From the human T2T-CHM13v2.0 reference genome, Homo sapiens, in assembly GCF_009914755.1 (NCBI RefSeq), contig NC_060931.1: DNA of 64,000 nt. One strand, given 5' to 3'. Positions within the stretch are counted from its first letter, which is position 1. Each line of letters starts with the position of its first letter. Both the position numbers and the translations under genes were made by a program. The notes beneath the pieces are model-generated. The model did not search any database. It was given only the letters and a program-made list of their open reading frames with translations, and was not told where the DNA came from. Of this stretch, positions 1 through 17,679 are shown in pieces.

Positions 1-1790
1 TGTATTGGCTATTCTTGGTCTTTTGGGTCTCCACATAAGCTTTAGAATGTTTGTCGATATCCACAAAATAACTTGCTGGAATTTTAGATAGGGGTTGCCA
101 TGAATCTACAAAGTTGGGAAAAACTAACACCTTGACAATATTGAGTCTTCCTATTTATGAACATGAAGTAGCTCTCCATTTACTTAATTCTCTTTGGTTT
201 CCATCTCCAAAGATTGGTAGTTTTTCTCATATATCTTATACATATTTTGTTAGATTTACATCTAAGTGGGGTTTTTGTTTTTGTGATAACATAAATGGAG
301 TTGTATTTTAAATTTCAAATTCGAATTGTTCATTGCTGGCATGTTAGAAAAGAATTGACTTTTTTATGTGTATAAATTTATGGGGGTACAAGTGTAATTT
401 TGTTACACACACAGGTTGTATAGTGGTGAAATCAGGGCTATTAGTGTAACTATCATCTGAATAATATACAATGTATCCAGTAAGTACTTTCTCGTACTTT
501 CCTCCCCTCCCACTCTCCTAACTTTTTGTGTCTCCATTGTCTATCATTCCAGGCTCTATGTCCATGTGTACAATTATTTAGTCCCCACTTATAAGTGAGA
601 ATATGCACTATTTGTCTTTTTGTGTCTGACTTGTTAGACTTAAGATAATGGCCTCCAATTCCATCCATGTTGCTACAAAAGACATAATTTCATGCTTTTT
701 ATGGCTGAATAGTATTCCATTGTCTGTATATACCACATTTTCTTTATCCAGTCTTCTGTTGATGGACACTTAGATTGATTCCATATTTTTGCTACTGTGA
801 ATAAAGCTGTGATAAATACACAAATTCAGGTATTTTTTAAAAAATATAATAGTTTCTTTTCCTTTGGATATATACCCAGTAGTGAGATTGCTGGATCAAA
901 TGGTAGTTCTATTTTTAGTTCTTTGAGAAGTCTCTACACTGTATTCCATAGAAGTTGTACTAATATACATCCCCACCAATTGTGTATAAGTGTTCCCTTT
1001 TCTCTACATCTTCATCAGCATATTTTTTGACTTTTTAATGAGCCATTCTTACTAGAGTAAGATGATAGCTCATTGTTTTAATTTGTGTTTCTCTAATAAG
1101 TAGCGATGTTGAGCATTTTCTTCATATGCCTGTTATCCGTTTTTATGCCTTCTTTTGAAAAATGCCTGTTCATGTCTTTTGTTGTTGCTGATGTTTTTGT
1201 TCTTACCTTGTTCCTCCAACTTTTAATATAATCACTTGTAAGTTATATTAGCTTTTTTTGATTCCACTAGATTTTTTATATAGAAAATCATGTCATCTGC
1301 AAATAAATACAATTTTCTTTTTTACCTTTCAGTAAGGAATAATTTTTATTTATATCTTGACTCATTTGCCTGATTAGACCCCTAGCACAGTTGCATAGAA
1401 ATGGCTAAAGAGGACTTGTTTTTTTTTTTCTGACCTTAGAAAAAATGTATTCAGCATTTCATTACTATTATATTTGTTGTATAATTTCTGTAGATATTCA
1501 TTTTCAAGTTGAGGAAGATTTATTCTAGTCTTAGCTTTCTGAGAGTTTTTTGTTGTTTAGTTAGAAGTGGGTGCTGTCTATCAAAAGGTCTTTTTGTATT
1601 TATCGAGATTTTTTTTTTATCTTGTTAGTATAGAAAATTACATTGGTTGATTTTTTAAAATGTTAACAATGTCTCACATTCCTGAGATAGACTCCAGTTA
1701 CTTGTAACATATTATCATTTCTATATTATTAGGTTCCATTTGTTCATGTTTGCTTAAGAATATTTGCATCTAAGTCCAAAAGAGATTTTG
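1..1790 (-). mobile_element. Old L1M (L1MC/ME-like) ORF2 remnant, interrupted by a younger L1 3' end
   Basis: Degenerate antisense L1 ORF2 motifs (ttgacaatattgagtcttcctatt, atcatgtcatctgcaaata, caagttgaggaag) at ~1-355 and ~1190-1790. Boundaries approximate. Confidence 0.7.
358..1185 (-). mobile_element. L1MA/L1PB-type 3' end
   Basis: T-rich start, then the typical antisense 3'UTR/ORF2 end (ccccacttataagtgagaatatg, tttatggctgaatagtattccattg, cccagtagtgagattgctggatcaaatggtag). Confidence 0.85.
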
Positions 1791-2364
1791 GTCACTCTCA
1801 AGCTTGAGCACCTTGAGGTTTCCTTGTGTTTGTCCCCAGGCTAATCAGTTATCTCAGTTACATGTGACAGAACCCCAAATCTAACAAGCTTAGTTAAAAA
1901 GGGGATATATTTTCTCATATGAAGGGCAGGGATACATCACAGAGAAAACTAGAATCAGAGACATGAACCCCTTAGAATTTTTCCCAACCCTCCTCTCTGT
2001 TCCTTTTGCATGCTGGTTCAATTCTCTCACATGGATCCCCTCTAAGGTACTGGATCTTAGAGTACAATAACTCTCAGGTGTACGTCTTCCATTTCACCAC
2101 AGTGATAAACCCATTCTTTCTTTAGGGCTAATTTGTGATATTCTGTGCAAGGACTCTGTTTAGCTCAATATTTGCCTAAACCTGTGCTGGAAGAGAAAGT
2201 GTAAGAATGTTAGTAGCCCCTTACTCCTGCAGGAACTTAGATGTGGATAGACATTTCTCAAAAGAAGGAGACATATGTATCCCAGGAAAATAAGAAAGAG
2301 GAGAAGGGCCAGAGGCTAGACAGAATATTAGATATGTATGCCAGTCCCATAGGCTATTTTTTTA

Positions 2365-2749
<385 letters not shown>

Positions 2750-2770
2750 TTATTTAGTACTTGCAACATT

Positions 2771-2817
2771 AGGGTTAAGTTACACATTCAAGACCAGGGT
2801 TAAGTTACACATTCAAG
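2771..2817. repeat. Tandem duplication, period 25
   Basis: agggttaagttacacattcaag occurs at 2771-2792 and 2796-2817. Confidence 0.95.
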
Positions 2818-3309
2818 GATAGATGCTGCCTACTAAGTAGCTAAGATTTGAGAGCAAATCTTTTTGTCTCTGTCTATGCTCATGATCCTATCACACTGCA
2901 CTGCTTCTAAAAGACTTTAGAATTGACGTTCTGCATACTATTATGATAATAATTCCTCTTATCTTCAATATTTTTATCACAAATGGGGAGCATAGTATTC
3001 TAATATAAAATCTCTATCTTTTAAAATTATGAAACAAGCATTACATCTTTATTCATGCTTTAATCAGGAAGTGAGATAAACTTTCTGTTTATTTTATTTT
3101 TGCTTTGTTACTCTATAATTTACATTACTCACATAAAGACAATTGTTAAATAATAATGAGAAAAGGGAAAAAGAATAAACTTTTACCAAGAACTTACTAT
3201 TTCCAGATATTTTATGTATAATATTTCTTAATATTCAAATCAACTTTGTGATAAGCAAGTACCACCTAAATATGAGAAAGCTGCCCCAGAGAGTTTAATG
3301 AGAAAGACT

Positions 3310-3760
3310 CATGTATTTACTCATCCAATCAATCGTTAAAACTTAAACAATTATTGTGTACAAATCACACTGACTCCATCATTGTTGCAAACACAAATAG
3401 CACAGGATCCCTCCTCTGAAATATTTCACAATCTGTTGTGGAAGACAGATAAGTGAACCAAAACCTTCCATGCAGTGTAAGGGAGACTGAGCTAGAGACC
3501 CTGAGAGAGAGTTCAGGACACACGTGCATCCAAGACCCACCAGGCCTCCCAGGACAGGCAGTAACTGAGCTTAACCCTGGAGGTCACCGAGAAGATAGCC
3601 AGGAAGAGAAGTGGGGTTGGGTTGGGTGAGGGAATCTGCGCAGGTTGTTTTAAGCAGAAAGAGGGTACATGATAAAAGAGGAAGTATATAAAAGTGAATG
3701 AGGAAGACTGAACACCTGAAAATATTTAAGTCCCTATTGCAACTGGATGAATCTAGATGA
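3310..3760 (-). mobile_element. L2 3' remnant
   Basis: Degenerate antisense L2-like sequence (tcatccaatcaatc ... tcacaatctgttgtggaagacagataag). Confidence 0.5.
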
Positions 3761-4712
3761 CAAAAGACTTTTACGTCTACCTAGTTTTTCTCTTTGTGTC
3801 CTGACTAGAATTATAAAGGATAAAGAACTTTCCCCGAGGGCTAGGAGCTCTAGAATTTCATTTTGTTCTCCTGGTTAGGAGCTTTTATGATGAAAAATAA
3901 CTCCACATTCATGCATTTTTTTTTTCTTACAGACATTGAGGAAGTTTTTTTATAGCCCAGGTCGTTTTGATTACTTAAAGGAGAGGATCCTCTCTTCCTA
4001 TCTACTGTATATAGTTTATGCAAGCAAGGATTTGTGGTATAAGATGCTAGAACATACAGTGAGGACACATCTGGACTTAAAGTAGAGTATAGGCACCTGG
4101 CTGTCAAGGGTGGCCGGAGCCATGTGGAAATTTACAACTTAATCAGTAAGCTTTAGATTATAAAGTGTAAAGAACTCCCAAAGCTGACACCAGGTCTTGC
4201 AAGGTGCCCCCACACCCCCCGTTAAAAGAAAGAAAAAAGCTTCCCATTGTGCCTTTCTTCATAATGATATTGCTCATTGTGGAATATAGATTGTTATAGT
4301 GTTAGGGATACTCAATGGACAAGAAGGAATAATATTATAACTATTACGCTCAACTATGAAATATTTGATAAAATTTACTACTCAGACATGGGTTTGTTAT
4401 CAATAGGCTTTCAGAAGACAAATAGAATCTCCCAAGATATTATGAGCTCAACTAATCTTTGCCTTCCTTATGTTGTTTAGGGGCCATAGTGAAGCTCAAA
4501 CAATAAAAGATAGGTGATGTGTGGTGGAGTTTAAGAAGTAGGTTAGAAAGAGAGAAATAAGACATGAGGCTAGAGTGATTCTAAATAGTCTGACTTGAAG
4601 GAACATAGATGTTGTATTGGTGAGTTTGGACTATTTAACCAAGAATAGGAGTGTGGCATTTTAATCAGAAGAAGCACTGAGTCATATAGGAATTGGAAAC
4701 CAATCAGTCTAG

Positions 4713-4845
4713 CAGAGTGGTTCCCAATCTTTCCTGCCTGTTAGAAACACCTGGAGAGCTTTAAAAAGTCCAAATGGCAGGTCACACCCCAAAACAATTA
4801 AATCGGAATGTCTAATAGTAGGAGGCAGTCATCAGTGTTTTATTT
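4713..4845. mobile_element. MER5A-type hAT-Charlie MITE remnant
   Basis: agtggttcccaatctt..ttagaaacacctggagagctttaaaaa..cacaccccaaaacaattaaatcggaat resembles MER5A. Confidence 0.7.
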
Positions 4846-5928
4846 AGCATAGAAATATGGGCATAAGCCCTCTGCAATACTGACAATACATTTGTACATA
4901 AAGTTTGAACCTGTGTCAAATCCCATCTGAAGAAACATTTACTGCTTGGGCTGAAGTTATAGGCCCAGTGAGCAAGTTTCCAAGAAGACCTATTAAGTGA
5001 ATTCATTTGTCCATCAGAGCATTCACATCTTACACAAAGAATTTGGAGCAGTTGAGTTCTTAAAAATATTTCTGAACCTCTAATCAGACACAAATAGCAA
5101 ACCTATTTGCTCCCATTGAAAAGCTGCTAAAAGACTCGTGAGTGTGTTTTTTTTAACCTATATTTTTACAACATTTCAGTCTGGCTCAGAAATGCTATAG
5201 AAATGAGTTGAAAAGTGGATGTTTATGGCTCATATGCAGAATCTTGCTATTTATGTGTAATGTTTCTGTAAGCTTCCAGCAGTTTCATATGAGGTGGTTG
5301 TGGCTTTTCTTAACTATATTGTGATTATCCATCTTTGGGATGTTTTGATACTTTTCCACAAAAGGGAAATTTATCTGCGGTATATGAACTTCCTACATCT
5401 CTGAGATAAAGTTTGAAAAATGTAAATTCATGTGAGAACCGCTGACATATTAAGGGTATATTATTTTGTTTCAGGTCTTGTAAGTCTACCAGAAGACATG
5501 CGTATTGGCCTACAAAGGGTAGAACATTTTTTGGAAGGTTTACTACTGTTTTGTGATCTTAATGACAGATATTTAAAAATGGCTTTCAGCTTTCCAAGTT
5601 AGCTCCAAACAACTCAAAGTGATTTTCTATTCTGGCCTATCTTACTTCATTGAGATCCAATTCACTGTGTAAAACAGCAGGAAATTCTAATTGTTGCAAT
5701 GGGTGCTGTCTTGACCCAATGAGATTAGTCTCAGATTTATTCCCTTTATTGTGCTTTTTTGTTTATTGAATTAACTCCCATGGAGAAAGATCACTATATT
5801 TTGGATAAATAATTTTTGGCAATAAAATTTGCTTTTATGAAATGTAAGCAATTTTAGGAATTGCCCCATTGCACCCATGATGAACCAGTGAACAGGAAGT
5901 TCACTTCATCCATTTATCCAACCATCAA

Positions 5929-6250
<322 letters not shown>

Positions 6251-6765
6251 CAAATATTTTTTAACTGCAATAGACTTGGTAAATAAACTTCCCTGGCTAC
6301 TTTATTTGTCAGCATACAGAGAGATTGGCTGGGACATTAGTGAGCATTGGACAGGTTTATAAGGATAACAGCAAACATGTTGATACAATTTTCAACCCTG
6401 AAAACTCTGGAATAATTTGTTTGAGATTTTTCTCTTCCTACTAGTTCTTCCATGTCTTCCTCCCCCTAGGCACTGTCAAAAACCACCATTAACTCTACTC
6501 CAATCACAATCACCCTATCTTTCTGGTTGTAACTGACCTATTTATTGAAATGGCCACTGTAAGACCCCTATCCAATACTTGGATCCTACCCTCAAATATT
6601 TTGATTTAATTTGTAGGGCCCATCTCTCCAAGTGATTGAAAGTGAGGCTAGGACTGAAAACCACTCTGCTGGTTTCAAAGGATGACAGAGATGCTCTAGC
6701 AGAATTTGAAAAGTTTCGAAGGAAATAAAACATTTCTTTTGCATACTCATTGCCCTGTGGTTTGC

Positions 6766-6871
6766 ATACAGTATTGGGCTCAGACATAAGTTCTAATCTT
6801 TGTACCTTTGCTTTCTGTATAAAGTATTGGACACAGACATAAGTTCTAATCTTTGTACCTTTGCTTTCTGT
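6766..6871. repeat. Tandem duplication, period 53
   Basis: agtattgg..cagacataagttctaatctttgtacctttgctttctgt occurs twice with about 3 differences. Confidence 0.95.
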
Positions 6872-6933
6872 CATTCATAGTTAGGAGCATCTTCCTTGTC
6901 CTCAATCTCAGTTCAAATTCTATGTATGCCATG

Positions 6934-7293
6934 TGCTGTGGCTTGAATGTTGGTGTTGCCCGAAAATTCATAGGTTAAAAACCTAATTCTCAATGCAATA
7001 CTATTAAGAGATGGGGCTTTTAGGATGTGCTTAGGTAATGAGGGAAGAACCATGTGGATGAGATTAGTACCCTTACAAACTAAGCCAAAGGGAGTCTGTT
7101 CCCCCCTCTACCTTATGACGATTCAGCAAGAAGTCACCATCTTTGAGGAACCGACCCTTACCAGATACTGAATCTGTTTCAGTACCTTGATAGTGGACTT
7201 TCCAGCCTCCAGAACTGTGACAAATAAATTTTTGTTATTAATAAGCTACCCAGTTTATGGTGTTTTTGTTATAACAGCCCAAAAGTACAGACA
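6934..7293 (+). mobile_element. MaLR solo LTR (MLT1A-like)
   Basis: tgctgtggcttgaatg ... ggacttt ccagcctccagaactgtgacaaataaattt ... gttataacagccc .. aca. Confidence 0.85.
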
Positions 7294-7309
7294 CCTGTTG
7301 TTAGGAGCC

Positions 7310-7435
7310 CCTGGTAAATTACTTAAACTCTCCATGTCTCTGATTGGCAAAGTGGAAACAATGAACATATATCTCAGGGTTCTTGTGCTGTTTAAATAAA
7401 TGAGATCAGTGTATAAAATCCATAGCAATATGCAA
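7310..7435 (+). mobile_element. MIR remnant
   Basis: MIR core-like ggtaaattacttaaactctc ... ctcagggttcttgtg ... aaatgagat. Confidence 0.6.
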
Positions 7436-8221
7436 GTAGCCCCTGCTATTGAAGTAGAAGAAGTAGGAGCAGCAATATTTACCAGTCATGTATAACTTTG
7501 CATTCCTCTGAGACAGTATTTGGGACAGTTTTTGCAAATTAAACAAGATGTTCAAGTATTTTTATTACTCAGAAAAAGCTTTAGAATTGAAAATGTTCTA
7601 TAGGTCACCAATTTCAAGCTTTATTAAATTCTGAAAATGTAGAATTTTAAAGTTGAGGATCTTCACAAACAAAAATCCAAAATGCTTTAATGCTTTTTCT
7701 CCTGTGTACAAATGGCAGAAGTCTGAAATCATTTGCCAACATGATAAACTGAGAGAGATCTGTTCTCTGAAGTCATCAGAAATAATCAAGGCTAAGTTTT
7801 ATCTAGCTGATAGTGTTCTGTCCCATTTACTTCTTGGTTCTCCACATTAAAATAAATGCTTGGGGGTCCTTTGAATCATGTATTCTAGAAAGACCCTGCA
7901 GAATGTTAGTGCACACATGCAGTGCCAAGCAGGGAGCCTGAGTGGGTAAGCTCCAGCAGCTCTACCAGCTGCTGTACAGACATGGCCTTCAAATGGAAAT
8001 TTAAGGGAAGAACAGAGTTATGCAGTTTATAGATTTGTACATGTCTCCTGTAATTCAAATTTATTGCTGGGGATTATGACTATTTCCATGTGTATCAAAT
8101 TTGTGCTACAATCCAGATTTGCAAAAGAGATGAATTGCAGGATAATTTTTTACTTTATAAAAGAAAATTATACCATATAAAATAGAACACACTGCAAATT
8201 ACTTTAAATAATAACAGATAA

Positions 8222-8460
8222 TGCAGCATAGAGGAAAGGGAATAAATGCGGAAACCAGAAACTCAACTCGAATTCCAGCGCCATCGCTTATTACCTATGT
8301 TACCTGATGCAAATTACGAATTTCTCTGAACTTGAGATTTTCAGTAAAAAAAGGGAGCTTATAATAACAGTCTCAGAAGAGTGTTGACAAAATTAGTTAT
8401 CAAATCACCACTTGTGAAGTACCTAGCATAATGCAAAGCACAAAACAAATTATCAGTATA
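8222..8460 (+). mobile_element. MIR remnant
   Basis: tcgaattccagcgccatcgcttattacctatgttacctgatgcaaattac..ttctctgaac ... gtgaagtacctagcata. Confidence 0.6.
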
Positions 8461-8539
8461 GAGATTTGTTGATTTGTTTCCATCCCATTTACACCCTTTT
8501 TTCTTCATTTGGTTCAAATAAAGTGCAACATTCCATCCC

Positions 8540-8540
<1 letters not shown>

Positions 8541-8573
<33 letters not shown>

Positions 8574-8857
8574 TTTGAGATGGAATCTCGCTTTGTCACC
8601 TAGGCTGGAGTGCAGTGGCATGATCTTGGCTCACTGCAACCTCTCTCTCCTGGGTTCAAGTGATACTTCTACCTCAGCCTCCCGAGTAGCTGAGATTACA
8701 GGCACATGCCACCACATGCAGCAAGTTTTGTATTTTTAGCAGAGATGGGGTTTTGCCGTGTTGGACAGGCTGGTCTCAAACTCCTGACCTCAGGTGATGC
8801 AACTGCCTTGGCCTCCCAAAGTGCTGGGATTACAGGCATGAGCCACCATGTCCAGCC
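8541..8857 (-). mobile_element. AluS (Sx/Sz-like)
   Basis: Poly-T followed by a full antisense Alu dimer ending ccaccatgtccagcc. Confidence 0.95.
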
Positions 8858-9672
8858 TCTTCTTTCATTTTATTTCAAGGCTCATTTGCAAATGAGCCTT
8901 AAAATATTTTAGGAAATATTTTAGGGAATAGGGTACTATTTTAAGAAAGAGGGTACCCATGCAACTAATCATAAACATTGTTGAAAGTAATAAATGCTGT
9001 TAAAAGCTCCTCAGGATAGATGAGACAAGAGTAGAAAGATAGATAAAGAAAACTGAGAACAGCCTTTAGACTGTGTAGGCTTCTCACAGGATCTGATCTT
9101 TGTAGACCGTATTTTGATCCAATACCCGTTAGCACTTCTATGCACGGGACATCTGCCTGGGAGATTAGTGTTTGGGAGGAAGCCTGTTGGCAACAGAGGA
9201 TTACATGAGAACAGTGAACTCATTGGTCAAAGTGGACTGGGAGTGGATGGTACAGGAGCGTGAGAAGCTCCCAAATCAAGAGAGATGAGAGAACAGAGGA
9301 TGAGGTAGCATAGATAGCTTCCTCACAGTTGCTAAAGGCTGCTTTCCACTGTCTGTACATGACCTTTTTATTGACAAAGTTGTGTAAATATTTCCTATAT
9401 TACTCTTTAATCTATAATGAAAAAGATAGCATTGAAACTGCATGTGAGCATCATGATCAAGTCAAGGAGTTAAGTCAACTTATCCTAAGCATAAAACGAT
9501 TGGGGATTAGAATATTATCAAATATGGAAGACAGATGGAGTTTACCCACAGTTTTGTACAGAACCAAGCCTTTTGGGCAGGAACTGCAGAAATTGCAGAC
9601 AAAATCTGGCTTGCTGGTTCATAGGCATAAGACACTTCAGATGTGTTTATGTGTCTTACATACTAAGTAGGA

Positions 9673-9732
9673 ATATATATATATATGTGTGTGTAAGTGT
9701 GTGTGTGTACGTGTGTGTGTGTATATATATAT
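9673..9732. repeat. (TA)n/(TG)n compound microsatellite
   Basis: atatatatatatat gtgtgtgt...gtgtgt atatatatat. Confidence 0.9.
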
Positions 9733-10224
9733 AAAACATTTCCAAAAAATGTGTAATTAAAAAATGAATATATATTGTCTAAAGTGAATTACAGACCTAG
9801 GGTCACTATCATGCCTAGAAAATATGAGATCTTTATGCCTTTGTTGAATTTGTCATATCTTCAACTGGGATTCTGATTTGAGAGAGAGGGATTCTTTGTG
9901 AACTTTTTACCAGTTACAAGAAAAAGAAAATGAAAAGAACAATAATAAAAATTTAACAAACATTTTTTGTAAGGCTTACAATGTACTATCAATCATTGCA
10001 CTGAGTGTTTTACATACATTCTCTAATTTAATCTTCATGAAACTATGTAAGATCAGTATTATGTATACATATGTCAATGACTGTTATTATTACTATTCTA
10101 ATTTTGCAAACAAGAGGAGTGCTTAGACGAATTTGATTTAATTTTTGAAAGTCAGGGTTGAAATTCCAGTATGTTGATCTGCAGAACCTGAGCTGCCAAC
10201 TACCACGATATTCATCTTCTAAAT

Positions 10225-10447
10225 CAGGGGATGGCAAAGCTTTTCCTGTAAAGGGTTAGATATTAAATACTTCAGTTTTCGTGGGGCGTGTGGTTTCTGT
10301 TGCAACTACTTGGCACAGCTGTGATAACACAAAAGCAGCCATAGATAGTACATAAAGGAATGAGTATGCCTGTGTTTCAATAAGCTCATTTACGAAAACA
10401 CGTGGCATCCTGGCTTTGGCCCACAGGCTGTACTTTGCTGCCCCTTG
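10225..10447 (+). mobile_element. MER58A (hAT-Charlie MITE)
   Basis: TIR-like ends caggggatggcaaag ... ctttgctgccccttg and internal tgtaaaggg, gttgcaactact, aaagcagccatagat. Confidence 0.9.
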
Positions 10448-10455
10448 CCCTAGAG

Positions 10456-10665
10456 CAGCACTGAGCCTTCTGCAATGACGAAATGAATGTTCTACATCTG
10501 CACTGCCAAACATAGTAGTCATTCGCTGCCTTTGGCTGTCCAGCACTTGAAATGTGGCTACTGTGAATGAGGAGCTGAATTTTAAATTTTATTTTACATT
10601 AATTAACTTAAATTTCCATGCAAATAGCCACATCTGCCTAGTGGCTACAGCATTAGACAGGTTAG
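10456..10665 (+). mobile_element. MER3 (hAT-Charlie MITE)
   Basis: gcacttgaaatgtggcta..tgaggagctgaattttaaatttta ... aatagccacatctgcctagtggctac. Confidence 0.88.
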
Positions 10666-10994
10666 ATATAGATACTGGCATATAAGGCAGTTCTAGCTAT
10701 CATGGAATAGATTAGCAAAGATTAAACTGAAGCTCTTTTTAAAATGTCACTTCAAAGGACAAATAAAATAACCAGTTATAAAGCATACAGGGAAAAGAAA
10801 AAAATCAGCATAAAATGATTTAAATCAGAATTGTTATCTCAGCCTCTTCTCAAACTTTTTTTTTCAGATTACTATAATTTTTTTCTCTGTTCGTTCTGTC
10901 ATACACAGCACTTCCATTAAAAAACACAGCTTTTTCTCTCTGGGTCCATACAGAGTCAGGAGCATTATCTACTCTTTTCTTTTGAAGTTCAGCA

Positions 10995-11180
10995 TACTGG
11001 GGTTCCATTCTGAGCTTCACAACTATCAGCTGTGTGACCTTTGGGCAAGTAATTTCTTCATCTGTAAAACTAAGCTATTATTACTTTTATCTTTCTTTGA
11101 AAAGTTTTGAGAATTACTTGAAGTCCTAAGTTAGAAATGGCCAGGATTATGAGACACAGTAGGTGACTTACTAATATAAA
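10995..11180 (+). mobile_element. MIR remnant
   Basis: agctgtgtgacctttgggcaagtaatttcttcatctgtaaaa MIR core. Confidence 0.7.
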
Positions 11181-11348
11181 GTTCATTTGCTTTTTTTCCT
11201 TCACCCTAAATTCATGTTATAATGTTAATTTGATTTCACACTGTTTTAAACCACTTCCTAAATCAAGTTAACAAGCTGGATGATCCTCGTCCTTTCAGTT
11301 TTTTAGTTGCTGATACTTTGTTCAAGGATAAGTTATTGACATTCTTCT

Positions 11349-14578
<3,230 letters not shown>

Positions 14579-16603
14579 ATACACCAAATGCTGATTGTAT
14601 ACAAAATCAACATTCAGAAAATATTTACTAATATAAAAATTAGGCTTACTTGTATCCTTCTTATTTTTATTATTTAGATAATTTACAAAAACCCATTCTG
14701 CTGCTAAAATGAATATAGATGTTAATTCCTCAGATGTGTGTCTGTTTGAGCATGCCTGTTGCAGTGCAACTCATGCTCTCCTTCATCGTCTGAAAAGAAT
14801 AACGTTCCTCTTTAGGAGTGTTTGTGAATTAATTTGAGATCCCGTAAAAATCATTTAGGTATGCACCATGGCATCATTTACATGTCAGGACAAATTGTAA
14901 CTACTTAAAACCAAAACATTGACCAAAGTCATTATAGGTATTACGTAAGTTACTCATAATGTAGCACCACAATAGTTATGCATATGAAAATATTTTGAAA
15001 CTACAGAGGAGGAATGCATTTGATAGTTTCAAAGTAATATTTCAGTGCCCATCAATTTTTCACTTCTCAGCAATTGATCACTGAAATATATTTATTGATT
15101 TAACATGGAGCTTAAGTTCCTCTGTACCCAGGGATTCACATGTCACCATGCACAGAAACCTGAAGGTATTTCAGTCACACATAATGTGAATATGTATAAT
15201 TGCACGCTTCTGGCTAGCTTCTCTAATTTTCTGTGCTAAGGTTGATATGAGTCATTCGGTTGCTGACATTAAATTTATGTAATGTAAAACCGACCATGAG
15301 GTTTTGAGGCTGAGAAGAAAGGGAGCATCATTTCACATAAACATTATCTCAACCTCCTGCTGCTTTCATGAACATATTTTTCTGCATATTTAAAGTTTAT
15401 AGCAGAGCACGGTTTCAGAGTTTCTTTTCATATTCAAACTGTATAGCAAAGCCACAGGTACATATTAATATAGCAGCTGTAATGTATTTCTAGTTAAGCT
15501 GTCATAAAGTCTAGGCTTTTCACATCATCACTTTTGAAGGTCGGCGCCACAGAGAAAAAAAGCCATTTGTACTGGATCACCATAGTGGTCTGTAATACAC
15601 AGGGTAATAAATATCACAATATATTTCATTTTTATATGTTTTTGATGAAGAGGTAAAAGTGCATCTTCTACAGTAGCTTTTCAGAAATTGCTCATCTGTT
15701 TGGAACGAGCATAAAAGAGACTGAAGTTCAGCGTTATTTATTGGGACATTGCCACTCTTCACTTATGCCACAGCTGAGATGAGAAAAGGACACCAATGAT
15801 ATTTCATTTACACTATTGATTTCCCCAGCTTGTCCTATGAAAGTACTGCATATGTATTCAGGATTAATGTGAGAAAATGGAGATATTTTGACCAGCACTG
15901 TTTCTGTTTTTTTTTTTTTTAAATCATTCTGATAATGTATATCCTTTTGAAATGTAATTGGAGCATCTTTCAGGTGTCACTACTTTCATGACTGATATTT
16001 GTGACTACATTAGAAGGGTATAAAAAATCAACTAGTAGTGTGTATATACACATATATGTGTATATAGTTTACATTAGCATAGTTTCTTATAGTAATACGA
16101 TTTCGAAGAAAAATGTGGTTGTGTTTACTTAGAAAACACGTTACATAGGAGAGGTAAACAGGCATCTCCATCCTCGCTTTCCCTTGGTTTTGCTCCCATT
16201 TGACTTTCCTCTTTGGACCAGTGAATTGGACTTATTTCCAAGTAGAGATTACACTTCCCTGTTAGCTAAGCTAATTCTCTTCCTTTTTCCCTTTGGAGGT
16301 CTGCCCCATGACAACTTCTGCTGCAAAGCTTTATTCCTCATTACCATGAACATCTACCAGGATGAGAGGAGGGATATTCAGAAACGGGGCTGTGGGGGAC
16401 CAGCGACTCAGATGAGTGTGCCCTGAATGTGGGGAGCGCAGGAAGGAGTGGGAGAAAGAGATGCTCCAGCGCTTTTGTGTGATTTTGTGTGGTTTACTCC
16501 CCCTCTACTATCTCTGAGCCAGATTAAACTGCTGACTCCTACAGCCCCTCTGCTCTCCTCTCTCACCTCTGAGCCTGCAGCATCCAATGAGCAGGAGCCA
16601 TAG

Positions 16604-17041
<438 letters not shown>

Positions 17042-17679
17042 TAAAAATGATGGAACAGTGAACAGCAATGGTTTACCTTAAACAGACTATCAAGAGACCC
17101 AGAGATGCTTAATAGCGTTTCAATAGTTGCCAAAATGTAGTCTCATAACAATGGTAATTGATGCTGTCTACAGATTAAGGTATTTCCCCACTGATTTCAG
17201 CAATTTCTATGTGACCTTGTAGTCTTCATTTAATTTTTGATTAGTACTGCCTGTTCATATGTCACATTGGATATATACTAGTATGAAAACAAGAGAATAA
17301 TAAACCTATAAATTACTTTCTACCTATAATTTTAGAAACAATGTGAGGTCTTCAGCCAAGCACATGAAGCTTATATATAAATGTATACTTTTAATAACTG
17401 ATTTTAGAAATATAGAATTGAATTACATTGCAGCTTGCCAAATGAGAAATTTTCAGTGAAATATGGTTGTGTCTATGCTTATGTGCATATGTACACACAC
17501 GCTTGTATGTATTAAGAAAGAATACATTAGAGGTCTATCCTCACCATGACAATACATAAGCCTTATCAGTGTTATTTCTGAAGTTGGGATTTTTCATTGC
17601 CATTCCCGAATGAGTTATTGAGACGACACACAATGAAAACAACAAAACACAGTTTCTGAAGAGGCCTGTTCTTCATGGC

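Noticed and set aside
5461-5530. Possible exon after ttattttgtttcag
   Set aside because: The acceptor looks plausible, but the following donor is weak and no frame resembles a protein I recognise.
15538-15555. CTCF-like motif ggtcggcgccacagag
   Set aside because: Only a partial match to the core and cannot be supported from sequence alone.
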